Program-made: the position numbers and the translations under genes
Part shown: one piece after another, positions 38,801 to 57,620 of the stretch
Position numbering within the stretch: position 1 is the stretch's first letter
Layout of the letters: each line of letters opens with the position of its first letter
NCBI GenBank assembly: GCA_040954595.2
Contig: CM082594.2
Span: 10,048,296-10,112,295 of the forward strand
Length of the DNA: 64,000 nt
From: Balanoglossus misakiensis
Taxonomy: Eukaryota; Animalia; Hemichordata
Direction: 5' to 3'
Notes under the pieces: model-generated
Databases searched by the model: none
Told to the model about the DNA's origin: nothing
Seen by the model: the letters and a program-made list of their open reading frames with translations, nothing else

Positions 38801-41800
38801 ACCACTAGCACCTGGATTGGTCAGTTCTCTTAATGCGTTGTTACATAATGATAACTGGAAATGAAAAAAGAAAGAGCAAAGTCAGTCGGTGATCAGTTTG
38901 TTGCAGGAAGTGCTAGAATATACAAAGCATCAAAAGTCAGTTTTGCAAACTTACCAAAAAGTCATCTGGTGCAATGCCAAATAATTCTCGAAAGTACCTA
39001 AACGCAACAGGAGCATATGTCTTGAAGCGGAAATCTGGATATTTGTGTGCGGCAGTTAAGTTACTGCCCTCACTGAAAGTATACAAAAGAGAGAAGGAGC
39101 TTATTATCTACAGGAAATATGTGTTGTAGGTTTGGAGTTTTGTCCAAATTGTATTATTCTAGAGAACATACATCAGAAGCCACATACACACACACAAACT
39201 TCATAAGAATAGTCTAGTTACCTTGGAAAGAACACACTTTCAACAACAGTGAAATCTTGCATGAGAACATCTCTTTCAGGTTTGGCAGATAAACCTCCGA
39301 CAGCATGTCCTATGCCTAACTGTATAGCAGCCATCAAAGCTGATGATGTTGTCTGCAAATTACAAAATGATGTGAAGTTGTTGTTATTTTGTCTCCATTT
39401 TGAAACGTCAATTTGAAATGGCCAATTATATCCACACCAAAGGATAAAACGACTTTTAACCTCTGACCTGTTTGGAAGACCTTCCCAGTGTCATAGGCCA
39501 CCAAGGGGTCAGGATGCAAAGGGTTAATACCAGTGTAACATACTGACCTTTTTGTAGGTGGTTTCACCAAAGGTATCCACTCTTCTGTGTCCAATTTTCT
39601 TCTCCATCTTGGGTGTGGCTGGTGATTTTGATGGTCGACCTGTACCAGTTTTGTCATTTATTGCCTGTAAGACAAAAAATTTCATCTATCAACATATGGA
39701 AAATGTACACAATGAGGAATGCATGAACTTTCAATGGACTGGAGGGTAGTGTTAGCACCACCAACGGGCAAGGAATGACTGCAATCACTAAATATCTTTC
39801 AAGTGGTTTACAACCTACGGGAACACTGCGCACTCCTAACTCTAGTCCTTGCACTGGCAACACATTAATTTGTTTTTCAGTCACGACATACCATAATTTC
39901 ATCAGTCAAAAAGGAATCCAGTCTTTTGTTTTGTTCATGTACAGCGTAATCATCAGACATCCATTAACTAATTACTTTAACTCTCTGTGTCTGATTTGAA
40001 AAATCATCTCACAGTGCAATGGCATCTCACTCAAATGAATTCACATTATCGGGATTAAAAGTACATGTCCTACTTGCAACATAGATCAAATGTACTTTTT
40101 TTAATCAAAGAACAATCTGTATCTGTGCATTTATTTTTTATGGCTTTATTTTCTGCTTGGTTGTACTGATTACGTGGATGACAATGATTGATCATTCCCC
40201 CTGGCAATTTCAAAACTATCATCATCTGTACTTCACAATATGAGTGCTTAATTTTATCAGATTGCCACAGAGAGAGAGAGCGAGAGAGAGAGAGCTACAA
40301 TTCTGCTTCACTGTAAGACCAGACTGTACCATATTAATTGACCATCTGTGAAGGGTGGCAAAACAGGACATGTATTTAACACTGAAATCTGAGGATAACA
40401 TTCCACAAGTCATTAAAACTGTTTAAATATAATTTCAGTTGTTATTTAATGGAAGTAGGTATGCCTCTTGCCCATATTTAGACTTGATAAATAAATGTTT
40501 GTATAACTGTCACAAAATTAGGCCACTGCAACTGACAAGATAAGTAATACACGGTAGCGGTTCACATTAATAGAAAATAACGTTCTACAATGAAATGAAC
40601 ATAGTTTGTAAGTTCCAAAGTCAATTATCTGCAGACAATCATTGTAAATTCTCATGAAAATTCTGTCACAAGAAGAAGAAAAGGACAATACCTGAGCAGG
40701 AGGTTGTAATTTATTTTGCCTCAAAGGTCAAAGATCAAAGTACAATCATACCTGTACCGCTGAGCTGATTGACATTTGACTCTGTCTTCTATCACAGATG
40801 CAAAGTAAACTCATATAAGCTACTAATATGGCAGATCTTCCCCAATACCACGAATTGTTTGTATAAGAAATGAAAGATGGTAGTAAAAGTCGAGGTTCTA
40901 TATATATGTACATGACTCAAATATTGGATAGCATGTGATTGTACATCATCCTGATTGCCTGCTATTCCACAATGCACTGTGAATCAATCTGTTCCGTGAT
41001 GTTATTACAGTCCTACTCTCATTTTCAACCACGCTGTGGTAATTTAATCTGCAATGCTCACATGCCCACCCTCTCACTATAAAAGCCTGCCAGGTAATCA
41101 TCTACCACTAGACAATAAACATTCGCATCATACTCGTACCTCATACACACACCACAGATGCCGCCCTCCAGAAACTGCAATAAATTCATTTCAGCTGCAA
41201 ATCATTTTATAGATATTTAAGGAGTACGGGATAACATTCATATTTTTGATATTTGAAATTAATGTTTGTAAACGCAAGTCAAGCACAGTTTGGCATATTC
41301 ACTAGTTTGTCACAAGGGAAAACGCATGTTTGTTTGAATCCACTGGGGTTTAAGAGAACTCTGTCCTTCAAATTGGATTTTCAACGCAAATTTGGATCTA
41401 CAGGAAGGATCTGCAATGTTATCAACATATGTCACTGCAACAAAAATAGACAAGGCAAGTTTTAACCTTGTCTGTTTCAATAGATAAATTTCAACTTGGG
41501 GTACCCGAAATGTGAGCGGGGAAGCAAAACTTAAGTTTAGTAAAAAACAATGTATTATTATCATGAATATGCAAGACATCCTACGCTATATACAACAAAA
41601 CCATTATCATCAATTATTGCTGTAACATTTCTGTGGACTTGGTTGACCAATCGTGTCTCCCCTGAAGCTAAGTAGCACTGTTGTCTAATGGATCCATTTC
41701 TTTCTTTCCGATGCACTCTCTGTAATTGTGCTAAGAAGCAGAAATTGCAGGTAGATATGTAGGCCCTGTCAATACAGGTGATGAGTACGACAATGATCTT

Positions 41801-44142
41801 TGTCAGTGCTTTGATTCTCACGCAATGATCTCAAAGATTTTGGTTCGAACTTAACACTGAATTCCAGGAGAAATTATCTCAAATTAAAACTTCAGTCCAT
41901 GTGCCAAACAATCTCTGAATTTCAGTTGCTCAGCAGAAACACAGATGCCGACTGAGGATTTTCTGAATCATATCATTCACCTTCCCAACACACTGCCCCA
42001 TTCCCATCCTTCTCACAAACAGTCTCACAGGAATAAAATACTGATAACGTGCGCCTGTACTTCTTGAAGTGTGACCACAATCATTAATATTTCTGCCATC
42101 TATCGGAATTCATTAAGTTTTTCACACAATAACAAATTCATAATTCATGTCAAATATACAAAATTTCTGAAAATTGCACAAATCACCTTTGAACTCGGAC
42201 GTCATTCCAGAGAAATAAAAAAATTCACACAAAAAAATCCCTACCTATTTTTGAACACCATGTAATCGGAACAGCACATATTTTTTTGACCTCATGATTG
42301 CATATATTATTTTTAGACAGATTTGTGTACTTTACACATTAATTGCTCCTGTCTGGCTAAAATCACAAGCTATTTTTCAAAGGTGTCTAGGTGTATACGT
42401 GTCATCAATCTCATCATCATGAAAGATGTAATGACTGGCGATAGGAACAGATTGAAAGTAGCCTCGACCTATCACTTGTCACTTGTGGATTCCTAGGTAA
42501 TAGTCTCCTCACACTGGAATTTTTATGACCTCATCAAATTAATGGTTACACAGTAATGCTTGCTGAAGTTGACAATTTAAGCAACTCATTCATCTATGCT
42601 AACTATACTATTATTAAAGGGACAATGCATGTGGATACTACTTAAAATGATCATTTCATTTTTTTGGTCTGTGAAACTACAGTTTCTTTTCAATCGCTAT
42701 ACATTTCATTCATACACTAACTATAATCAAACACTGAACATGCTTCAGCCAGACATGCCAGAGGCTAACGAGTGAAACTGTTTTCAAGTTACATAACATA
42801 AATCACCACAATGCACATTTGCCCGGCATTGTGGTATTACTGTCTACCAGTATAACAGGGAAAAAAAATCCCTGTCTATTCTGGTTGTTACCTTTTCACG
42901 TGTCATAATGACCCAGCACATTAGTGTGTAACTATGGTGGTGCTTGGGCTGGTCATTATCACTATTTGGACGTAAACAATGAGTCACCACGGTCACAAGG
43001 TGGCGAGAGGACTACCCATTGACCCAATGTCATTGTTGTGGTAATCATTCAACATACATGTACAACTTAAAAATTAGAGTAAACCCGGCCATTTCTTGAA
43101 TATCAAAATGGTTTATACTTACTGAAATATCAATGGGAGGTGGTTTTTCTCTAGCCTTCAATGAGGAATCTTTTTTCCTTCTTTCTCTGTCGTTTTCTGT
43201 AGAGTGAAATTATAATTAGACAATCTGCTCATGATAACATCAGTCGCAAACATACATTACTTTGTGGGTTTGGAAACTCTCCTAAATGCAAATTTAATAT
43301 CCAAGGTCACCATGACATTATCCATTAATGATTAATCACATATTGCTTCTGAATCCATCATTTTGCTTTGACAATGTCCAGTCATTTATCAAATGATATA
43401 ACTTCCATTGTGTCAAACTGCATGCATTGAAGATTCAACAATAGTGAATGTAATTGCTGGCTTGATGAAAGTGTATTCGTAAAAACCACTGGTTTTAATT
43501 TTGTTTAGTCCTTTGTAGAGCATCAACCTTTTCAACTTGTGTTTAAAATTCAACAAAAAACTGCTGCCGTGCTGGCTTGATAAACATGCACTTGTAACAC
43601 GATTGGTTTTTTAATTTATTTTAGTCTGTTGCAAAGCAAGAATGCATATGCTTCTTCAAAACAGGACAATGTTGGCCTGGCTCCTGTGATAAATATACAT
43701 GTACATGTACATTTCCTTATATTGATTGCACAAGTTAGGATTCCCTCTATTTTTGAATTCTCCACAAGTTCACAGTTGAATATTAAACGTACTGTGAAAA
43801 ATCTGTATCGTGATAAAATGCCTGGCTGTAACGCCCTAAGTTCCAGTCTTCCGCAAACATCGCTATTATACAATTTACACTGAAAATGACCGAGCAAAAC
43901 CAGGATGTGAAACACTTTCATTGAAACGGTTATCACTGTCTCGGTTTTGAATCAGTGATGGGAGAATGAAAATGCACGTAGGGTTTTCGAGAATATCGCT
44001 GATTCGAAAATTTCAGCTATTCTGACTACGGGCACCAAACAAATATCCACGAGGTATCAATTTTTGTTATCTTACCCGACATTTCATATTCGTTTGTAAG
44101 AACCACACTCGCCGCCGCTCCGCCCGCAGCTGCAGCCGCCAT
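32816..44142 (-). CDS. PIP5K1: phosphatidylinositol 4-phosphate 5-kinase type I, multi-exon
   Basis: Exon 1 44076-44142 (MAAAAAGG...), exon 2 43123-43196, exon 39548-39664 (KKIGHRRVD...ETTYKK), then AIQLGIG...[62 protein letters not shown]...MNNLLP...FDVKGST...[27 protein letters not shown]...[28 protein letters not shown], and last exon to the stop at 32816. Confidence 0.93.
35939..36035. mobile_element. piggyBac-type MITE (89 bp) with TTAA target-site duplication
   Basis: TTAA-CCCTTTCAC ... GTGAAAGGG-TTAA; CCCT termini and a TTAA TSD are piggyBac hallmarks. Confidence 0.75.
38003..38090. mobile_element. degenerate TTAA-flanked MITE (copy A of a small family)
   Basis: TTAACTCTTTGAAC ... 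GTTCAAAGGGTCAA inverted ends (12/14); core CCTTCCCAATGACATTACAGGTCACCAGGGG shared with 39456-39527. Confidence 0.55.
39456..39527. mobile_element. degenerate TTAA-flanked MITE (copy B)
   Basis: TTAACC...AAAGGGTTAA ends; core CCTTCCCAGTGTCATAGGCCACCAAGGGG similar to 38003-38090. Confidence 0.55.
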
Positions 44143-44146
44143 CTTG
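44135..44146 (-). promoter_or_regulatory. YY1-type motif CAAGATGGCGGC overlapping the PIP5K1 start codon
   Basis: Plus strand GCCGCCATCTTG; matches the YY1 consensus AAGATGGCGGC common at housekeeping gene starts. Confidence 0.55.
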
Positions 44147-44379
44147 TGTTGTATATTTTGAAAGTCCTCCTTAGGCGGATCGCATAATATCTGTACTAAT
44201 TATAATTCACGATCAATTTTCAACAAACTTGAACTAACAACACAACGTATCTCCTTTATACTTTTGGAATAAAAATGTTGCTTATAAGTGTATTACTTCC
44301 AACTTCACACAGAAATATCCGTCCTAGGTACAAATTCCGGGAATGCCTAGACTATTGACAGCAAAAGCACCATGGGTAA

Positions 44380-44387
44380 TGACGTCA
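44380..44387. promoter_or_regulatory. palindromic CRE (TGACGTCA) ~240 bp upstream of the PIP5K1 ATG
   Basis: Exact TGACGTCA at a promoter-proximal position. Confidence 0.45.
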
Positions 44388-46465
44388 CCTGCGAACTCTT
44401 GACCTTTGTGCAAGGACAAAGTTGGAACAAAAACTCTGTCAAAATAACAGCGATTAGCGAACAAAGGATAGGTCATTACCGAACTACGTCATTCTGAGGA
44501 AAACAATGATGGATGTGACTAACTTTGACATGATTTCCAGTGTTTAAAGTTCTGTGTATGTTCTAGTTTTCTTGTTCTACTCCCCATTCAAAACTGTTTT
44601 AATGACTTTTTACTTGTAAACAAATGGATTTAAAAGTCTGGTGGACTTAAATTTAATTTAAGCTAGATACATGGCATAACATAATTCATAAATAAGAAGC
44701 AGTAGATAAATGTCATAATAAATGTAATCTTCTCAATCTTTTTGGGTATTGAAACAAAACTACCACAAGTACCAGCTCGTGGAGATCTTACTTGTAGACA
44801 AAATAAAAGTTCATATGCAACGTTGAGGGCGCCTATAAGCTGGACTATGGGGGGGGGGGGGAGGGGTGAAAATTGGCCTGTTTTGGCTGACTACAAACTC
44901 ATATCGTCACAAATGGACAGGATATTGAAGCTTGCAAAGACATTCATCAACAAACCACTGAAAACACACTTTGTTTTTCAAGTAAATTTTTACTTTTATT
45001 GAAAATGATATTTGTTGCATCACACTATCACACAAAGCTCTCTGTAACCATGGTTCTTATCACAGATCTCACCTGACACCTTTACAGCGAGTAAGTCTGC
45101 ACTGTCAGATTTAAGAACATGCCTGCATGTAAAGAGGGTCTGATCAGTAACTGGCCCTGAAAAGACAGCATCTGCTACATGGTCTGAAATATTGGACCCG
45201 TTTCTGAGGTGACTGAATACAGCGATATAATTTCTGACTTTTCCCAGTGTTGGGAACACAGGACTGAACAGAGATGGCACATACATGTACCTGTGCCACA
45301 GCCTCCACAGCATGGTGCTAGGGGCATGTACAGCCTGGCTCAGCTGTCACTAGGTGAAATTGTCTTGTCGGTGTTCGACAGAGCCACTAGCACACCTGAT
45401 CCTCGGACGGGGAAAATCAAGAATTTACATTTCAATGTATAAATGGCAGGAAAGACCACTACAAAGCACATCAAATATACTAAAGAACTAAACAAAATAA
45501 CAATAACTTAACACATTTCATGAAAAACATGAATTGGTAGAGCTGAATTTCATTTTACGTTTCCAGAGAAACTAACTGTTGATGCATAATGATAGCCATC
45601 TTCTGGCAATGATTTGTGGAAAGGGAAGGGGTGACAACGGATGGCGGAATGTCATCCTTCAAGAAACCAATGAAATTTGAAGTCATGGAACATCATGCTC
45701 TAAGTAATCGATCAAAATGATTAACTTGAGGTTCTAGTAAGTAGTTTGCAAAGCTTCGACTTTTGAGCTGAAGCTGACATTTAAGGCTGATAAAAAAATA
45801 AAGGTAGCATTGTTTGTTATAACATTTTACTGTGTAACAACGGATGGCAAAACTGAGACGGCATAGAAATGCTTGGTCACATTCCTGAGTTTATAAATCA
45901 TATATTTAATATTTACTCTCAAAAATTAACAAACAAGGTACTAATAAATACCAGTCTAACTGTCACTCACACTCAATTTCATTGCTGATCCTAAACTTTG
46001 CAAAATATTAGAACTGGACTTGATATTAAACGCAGATTGCAGAGAGATATCTCCCCACCATTCCATATTTCTTCCAGTGGCCTTTAGAGCTAATTGTAAT
46101 AGTAAATTTGAAGGCGATAAAAACAGTCACACATTATATACTGCAGCCTACTTTATATCAGATGTCAGTAAAAAGATGATTCATTATCAAGGTTCAGGGA
46201 GGCATTTCCTTCAGAGGAAAATATTACAAATACGGAGAACCATGTACACTATATGCCACGCCCCTCAACCAGCCATTTGCCATACAAATTTTCAAACAGT
46301 TATAAATAGATCCATCAAACAGAAGCTTTCTTTAATGTAAAGATCGTTTGTCTACTTTGTAAGTTTTACACACCAAACACAAATAATAAACACAATTTTC
46401 TGGAAAATAATGGCTGGTGGAAGGGCTTGGTTTTATATTACAGGATAAATGTGTTGAGTGATAGA

Positions 46466-53106
<6,641 letters not shown>

Positions 53107-53615
53107 GCTGTGTGTGTGCAGTTCTTGGCTTCTAGGCTTGCTGGGTCAATGGAAGTGACTACCTCTGACCCTTATCTTCAGACTTGCGATTGGCTAAAAA
53201 TTACCCATGTGACTTTTTCCACGTAGACCTCTGCCAGGGGTCCCACACCTCAGGGACATGAAGCAAAAGAGAAAGCAAACATCTTATAGATAAAGTGATG
53301 GCAAAAACGAAAATGTATAGCAGATATCAATTAAAAATGGATCATTTACATTTGTTTTGTTGGTTTAATCCTATATTGTTGAATTATGTATCTGGAATTA
53401 TTTTAATTATATCATAACGATATGTTCGAATGGTGTAACCCCTGGATAAATTGATTGGCACGCTGCCACTACAGCAAGCAGACGCGTGCTTTGAAAGAAA
53501 CACCGGCCGGCAACTTCTTGAAGTCGTGTCCATAGGAACGGCTGCTGCATTTCAGTTTCCCGGTCGCGTTGAGGGGCTGCGTGTGGTACTGAAAGTTGCA
53601 GGAGCCTCTCATCAG
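53107..53615. promoter_or_regulatory. putative bidirectional promoter shared by IDH2 and NNT, with candidate non-coding NNT exon 1
   Basis: IDH2 ATG at 53106 (-); ATTGG (CCAAT) boxes at 53189-53193 and 53454-53458; Inr-like TCAGTT at 53552-53557 (+); donor CAG|GTATAT at 53615/16 and a strong acceptor (T-tract, AAG|G) at 54388/89, 22 nt before the NNT ATG. Confidence 0.6.
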
Positions 53616-54410
53616 GTATATTTCTAGATTGTTTTAAATGGAAAAACGTAAGAGATCTTTCACGCGGTGCATCAAGTCTTGTGTCAGTTGCGGCATATTG
53701 CAAGTTTTTAGCAGCTGTTTCAATATGGCGGAAACGACAGAAGATGTCATGAGCTGAGCTGAGAGTGAACGATCGATTTCTCACTAAGTCATTTGTTGTG
53801 GCGGAATCGGTGCCGTTCTCAGGTGCCGTGGGCATTCCGCTATCATAATATTCCAGGGAGTGTTTTGGTGCGCATTAGTTGTTGAAGTGTGAAACGTGCT
53901 TGCTGTGATCAAGGTCGTCTCACCATTTATGGAACGGTTTTCTCAATAACAAGCACATTCACACTTGGGCCGCTTTGTTTGACTAACGTTGATCATGTGA
54001 TACGTATTGTTTGTCAACAAAATTGGCGGTATAATTGACAGTTAAGAGGAAGCGTTAATAGCATTAAAAACGGACAAGAATAGTGTGATCAGTTAGTTGA
54101 TTGACAAATACGTTTAGTAAATATTTAATACTCAATAGTACCTGATAAACTTTGATAATATCAGTCACTCATCCACGTGCTGAGTAAGTTTCAAGGTTCT
54201 GTTAAACATAGACCCTGACTCCATACGACTGTATAGTACATTATCATAGAGGTTTGAATGAATTAATGTAAAATTAAAATTTCTTCAGAAACATATTTAC
54301 AATATTGTAGATGAAAGTTATTTTGTCTCAGCTTTTGAAAGATCAATTATTTTATACTAATTATCTTTTTACTTTTGCTTTTTTAAAGGTTTCCTTGAAA
54401 AGCACCCATC

Positions 54411-57400
54411 ATGTTTCGCCTTCTGTGTTCGGTGAGCCATGTCGACAGTGTGGTGGCACCTACTGTTCGTAACCTCTTCAAGGGACACAGCAAACGTGGT
54501 TTCCGAACCTACCTGCCTCGCTACCAGGAACAAAAAGCTGAAGAGCCACTCAAGGGCATCCCGTATAACAACCTGACCATCGGTGTTCCTAAAGAGACAT
54601 TCAAAAATGAACGCAGGGTCGCTGTGTCACCGGCAGCCGTGAGAACGCTCACCAAAGCAGGCTTTAATGTCGTCATTGAAGATGGAGCTGGAAAAGAAGC
54701 AAAATTCTCAAACGCAGAGTATGAAGAGGCCGGAGCCGCCATCAAAAGTTTAGAAGAGACATTCAAATCCGACATAGTTCTTAAAGTGCGTGCACCAACC
54801 CTTGCAGAAGTTGATCTCTTAAAAGATAAAGCCCACCTTCTAAGTTTTATTTATCCCGCTCAACAAAAAGAACTGATCGACAAGCTAGCCACCAAAAATG
54901 CTACGGTGTTTGGAATGGACTGTGTGCCTCGCATCAGCAGGGCCCAGGTCTTTGACGCCCTCAGTTCGATGGCCAACATCTCTGGTTACAAAGCTGTAGT
55001 AGAGGCCGCCAACGAATTTGGCCGATTTTTCACCGGTCAGATCACGGCAGCGGGAAAAGTTCCACCGGCAAAGACGCTCGTTCTGGGAGCAGGTGTGGCC
55101 GGTCTGGCGGCCATTGGAACAGCCAAGAGCATGGGAGCCATCGTCAGAGCGTCGGACGTCAGATCCACGGTGAAAGAACAGATCCAGAGTATGGGTGCAG
55201 AGTTCTTGGAAGTCAACATGAAGGAGGAAGGAGAGGGCGTCGGCGGCTACGCCAAGGAGATGTCCAAGGAATTCCAAGAAGCACAGAAGGCTATGTATGC
55301 AAATCAGTGCAAAGATGTTGATATCGTCATCACAACAGCGTTGATTCCAGGAAAGAAAGCACCGACCCTCATCACCAAAGAGATGATAGAGAGTATGAGA
55401 GATGGCTCTGTCGTTGTCGACTTGGCTGCTGAAGCTGGTGGCAATATCGAGACCATCAGACCCGGTGAGAAGTATGTCCACAATGGGGTTTGTCATATCG
55501 GCTTCACAGATTTCCCAAGTCGTTTGCCGACCCAGTCCAGCACGCTGTATGGTAACAACATCTCCAAACTGCTGATGTCGTTCACACCCCAGAAGGTCAA
55601 AGGTCAGTATTACCTTGACCTGGAAGACGAAGTCACCAGAGGCTCAATGGTTCTGCACGAGGGCAAACTAATGTGGCCCCCACCACCACCCAAAGAACAT
55701 CACCCTGCTGCAATACAGGCTGCAAAATCCGAAGTCACAGTTATACCACCACCTGACCCATTCAGCTTGACAGCCAAAAGTTCAATGTTGTATACGTCTG
55801 GTCTTCTCTCCATGGTTGGTCTGGGTATGATCTCCCCAAATGAAGCCTTTGGCACAATGTCAACAACCTTCGCCTTGGCCGTCATCTGTGGTTACCACAC
55901 TGTGTGGGGTGTGACCCCGGCCCTTCACTCTCCCCTCATGTCAGTGACCAATGCTATTTCTGGTATCACGGCCGTCGGTGGGATGTTGTGTATGGGAGGA
56001 GGGGTGTTGCCACAGACGACTGCACAGGCACTGGCAGCCACTGCGTGCTTCATCTCCTCCATCAACATCTTTGGCGGTTTCCTCGTCACCCAGCGCATGC
56101 TGGACATGTTCCGCAGACCCACTGATCCTCCAGAATACAACTATATGTACGGTGGCGCTGGTGCTGCTTTCCTGGCTGCCTATCTCGGTGCATACTATGC
56201 CGGCTATCCCAATGTCCACACTCTTGCATACCTGGCCTCTTCTCTTTGCTGTGTGGGTGCGTTGGGCGGTCTGTCTACCCAGAGCAGCAGCCGAAGAGGC
56301 AACGCGTTGGGTATCATTGGTGTCACCGGTGGTGTTGTGACAACGTTGGTCATCTTGAATAGCAGTCCTGAGCTCTACACTCAGATGTTTGGCTGCATCT
56401 CGGTCGGTGGTCTCATTGGTGCCATCATCGCCAGGAAGATGGCCATCACAGATTTGCCTCAGCTTGTCGCAGCGTTCCACAGCTTTGTTGGTGCCGCAGC
56501 TGTCTTGACTTGCGTCTCCACCTACATGAGCGAGCATGCTCACTTTGCAGGTGATCCCGCCGCAGCCATCACCAAAGCTTTTCTCTTCCTGGGTACATAC
56601 ATTGGTGGTGTTACTTTCACTGGTTCTCTGGTGGCCTTCGGGAAACTGCAGGGCCTGCTGAAGTCCGATCCCTTACTGCTGCCCGGCCGCAATATCATGA
56701 ACGCCGGAATGCTGCTGGCAAACGTCGGAGCCATGGCTTGGTTCATGACCGATCCCGGATACTCGGTTGACATGGCGATGTTGGGAACAACAACTGCTCT
56801 TTCCTGTGTAATGGGCGTCACCCTGACCGCAGCTATCGGTGGTGCTGACATGCCTGTTGTCATTACCGTGCTGAACAGCTACAGCGGTTGGGCTCTGTGC
56901 GCTGAGGGCTTCATGTTGAACAACCCACTCCTGACGGTGGTGGGCGCGCTGATCGGATCCTCAGGTGCCATCCTCTCCTACATCATGTGTGAAGCCATGA
57001 ACCGCTCCCTGGCCAACGTCATCTTCGGTGGTTACGGCACCCGATCGACCAAGGGCGGCAAGGCCAAGGAAATTGTCGGCACCCACACTGAAATCAACGC
57101 AGACCAAGCCGTGGAAATGATCAGAGATGCTCAAAACATCATCATCACCCCAGGGTATGGTCTCTGCGTGGCCAAAGCTCAGTATCCCATCGCAGATATG
57201 GTCCAGAAGTTACGAGATCAAGGCAAGAATGTTCGATTCGGAATTCACCCCGTCGCTGGTCGTATGCCCGGTCAACTGAACGTGCTCCTGGCCGAAGCTG
57301 GTGTCCCGTACGATTACGTGCTGGAAATGGATGAAATCAACGACGACTTCGGGAACACTGATCTGGTGTTGGTGATTGGCGCCAACGACACCGTCAATTC

Positions 57401-57620
57401 AGCAGCCGAGGAAGATCCCAACTCGATCATCGCTGGTATGCCTGTCCTCCGCGTGTGGCAGTCTGGTCAAGTCATCGTCATGAAGAGAACCCTGGGCGTT
57501 GGCTATGCAGCTGTCGACAACCCCATCTTCTACAAACCAAACACGGCCATGTTGTTGGGTGATGCAAAGAAAACGTGCGACGTTCTCCTGGGGAAAGTCA
57601 ACGAAGCATATGGAGTATGA
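54411..57620 (+). CDS. NNT: mitochondrial proton-translocating NAD(P) transhydrogenase, 1069 aa, single coding exon
   Basis: N-terminal targeting peptide; dI motifs [24 protein letters not shown]; membrane domain [43 protein letters not shown]; dIII motifs [46 protein letters not shown]. Fused alpha-beta order as in animal NNT. Confidence 0.98.
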   Translation: MFRLLCSVSHVDSVVAPTVRNLFKGHSKRGFRTYLPRYQEQKAEEPLKGIPYNNLTIGVPKETFKNERRVAVSPAAVRTLTKAGFNVVIEDGAGKEAKFSNAEYEEAGAAIKSLEETFKSDIVLKVRAPTLAEVDLLKDKAHLLSFIYPAQQKELIDKLATKNATVFGMDCVPRISRAQVFDALSSMANISGYKAVVEAANEFGRFFTGQITAAGKVPPAKTLVLGAGVAGLAAIGTAKSMGAIVRASDVRSTVKEQIQSMGAEFLEVNMKEEGEGVGGYAKEMSKEFQEAQKAMYANQCKDVDIVITTALIPGKKAPTLITKEMIESMRDGSVVVDLAAEAGGNIETIRPGEKYVHNGVCHIGFTDFPSRLPTQSSTLYGNNISKLLMSFTPQKVKGQYYLDLEDEVTRGSMVLHEGKLMWPPPPPKEHHPAAIQAAKSEVTVIPPPDPFSLTAKSSMLYTSGLLSMVGLGMISPNEAFGTMSTTFALAVICGYHTVWGVTPALHSPLMSVTNAISGITAVGGMLCMGGGVLPQTTAQALAATACFISSINIFGGFLVTQRMLDMFRRPTDPPEYNYMYGGAGAAFLAAYLGAYYAGYPNVHTLAYLASSLCCVGALGGLSTQSSSRRGNALGIIGVTGGVVTTLVILNSSPELYTQMFGCISVGGLIGAIIARKMAITDLPQLVAAFHSFVGAAAVLTCVSTYMSEHAHFAGDPAAAITKAFLFLGTYIGGVTFTGSLVAFGKLQGLLKSDPLLLPGRNIMNAGMLLANVGAMAWFMTDPGYSVDMAMLGTTTALSCVMGVTLTAAIGGADMPVVITVLNSYSGWALCAEGFMLNNPLLTVVGALIGSSGAILSYIMCEAMNRSLANVIFGGYGTRSTKGGKAKEIVGTHTEINADQAVEMIRDAQNIIITPGYGLCVAKAQYPIADMVQKLRDQGKNVRFGIHPVAGRMPGQLNVLLAEAGVPYDYVLEMDEINDDFGNTDLVLVIGANDTVNSAAEEDPNSIIAGMPVLRVWQSGQVIVMKRTLGVGYAAVDNPIFYKPNTAMLLGDAKKTCDVLLGKVNEAYGV

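Noticed and set aside
40752-40830. Possible extra or alternative first exon of PIP5K1 (CAG|GTATGA donor, phase 0)
   Set aside because: Weak acceptor context, and exons 43123-43196 and 39548-39664 already join in frame; cannot be supported without reads.
45130-45200. GGTCTGA / TTCAGACC words reminiscent of RNase P conserved regions
   Set aside because: The complementary CR-I and CR-V elements are not in the right order on one strand.
53407-53835. 142-aa minus-strand ORF between IDH2 and NNT
   Set aside because: No domain similarity; overlaps the CpG-rich promoter/UTR region where stop codons are rarer.
54521-56863. Several long antisense and off-frame ORFs (up to ~200 aa) over NNT
   Set aside because: Shadow ORFs of a GC-richer coding sequence with no recognisable motifs.
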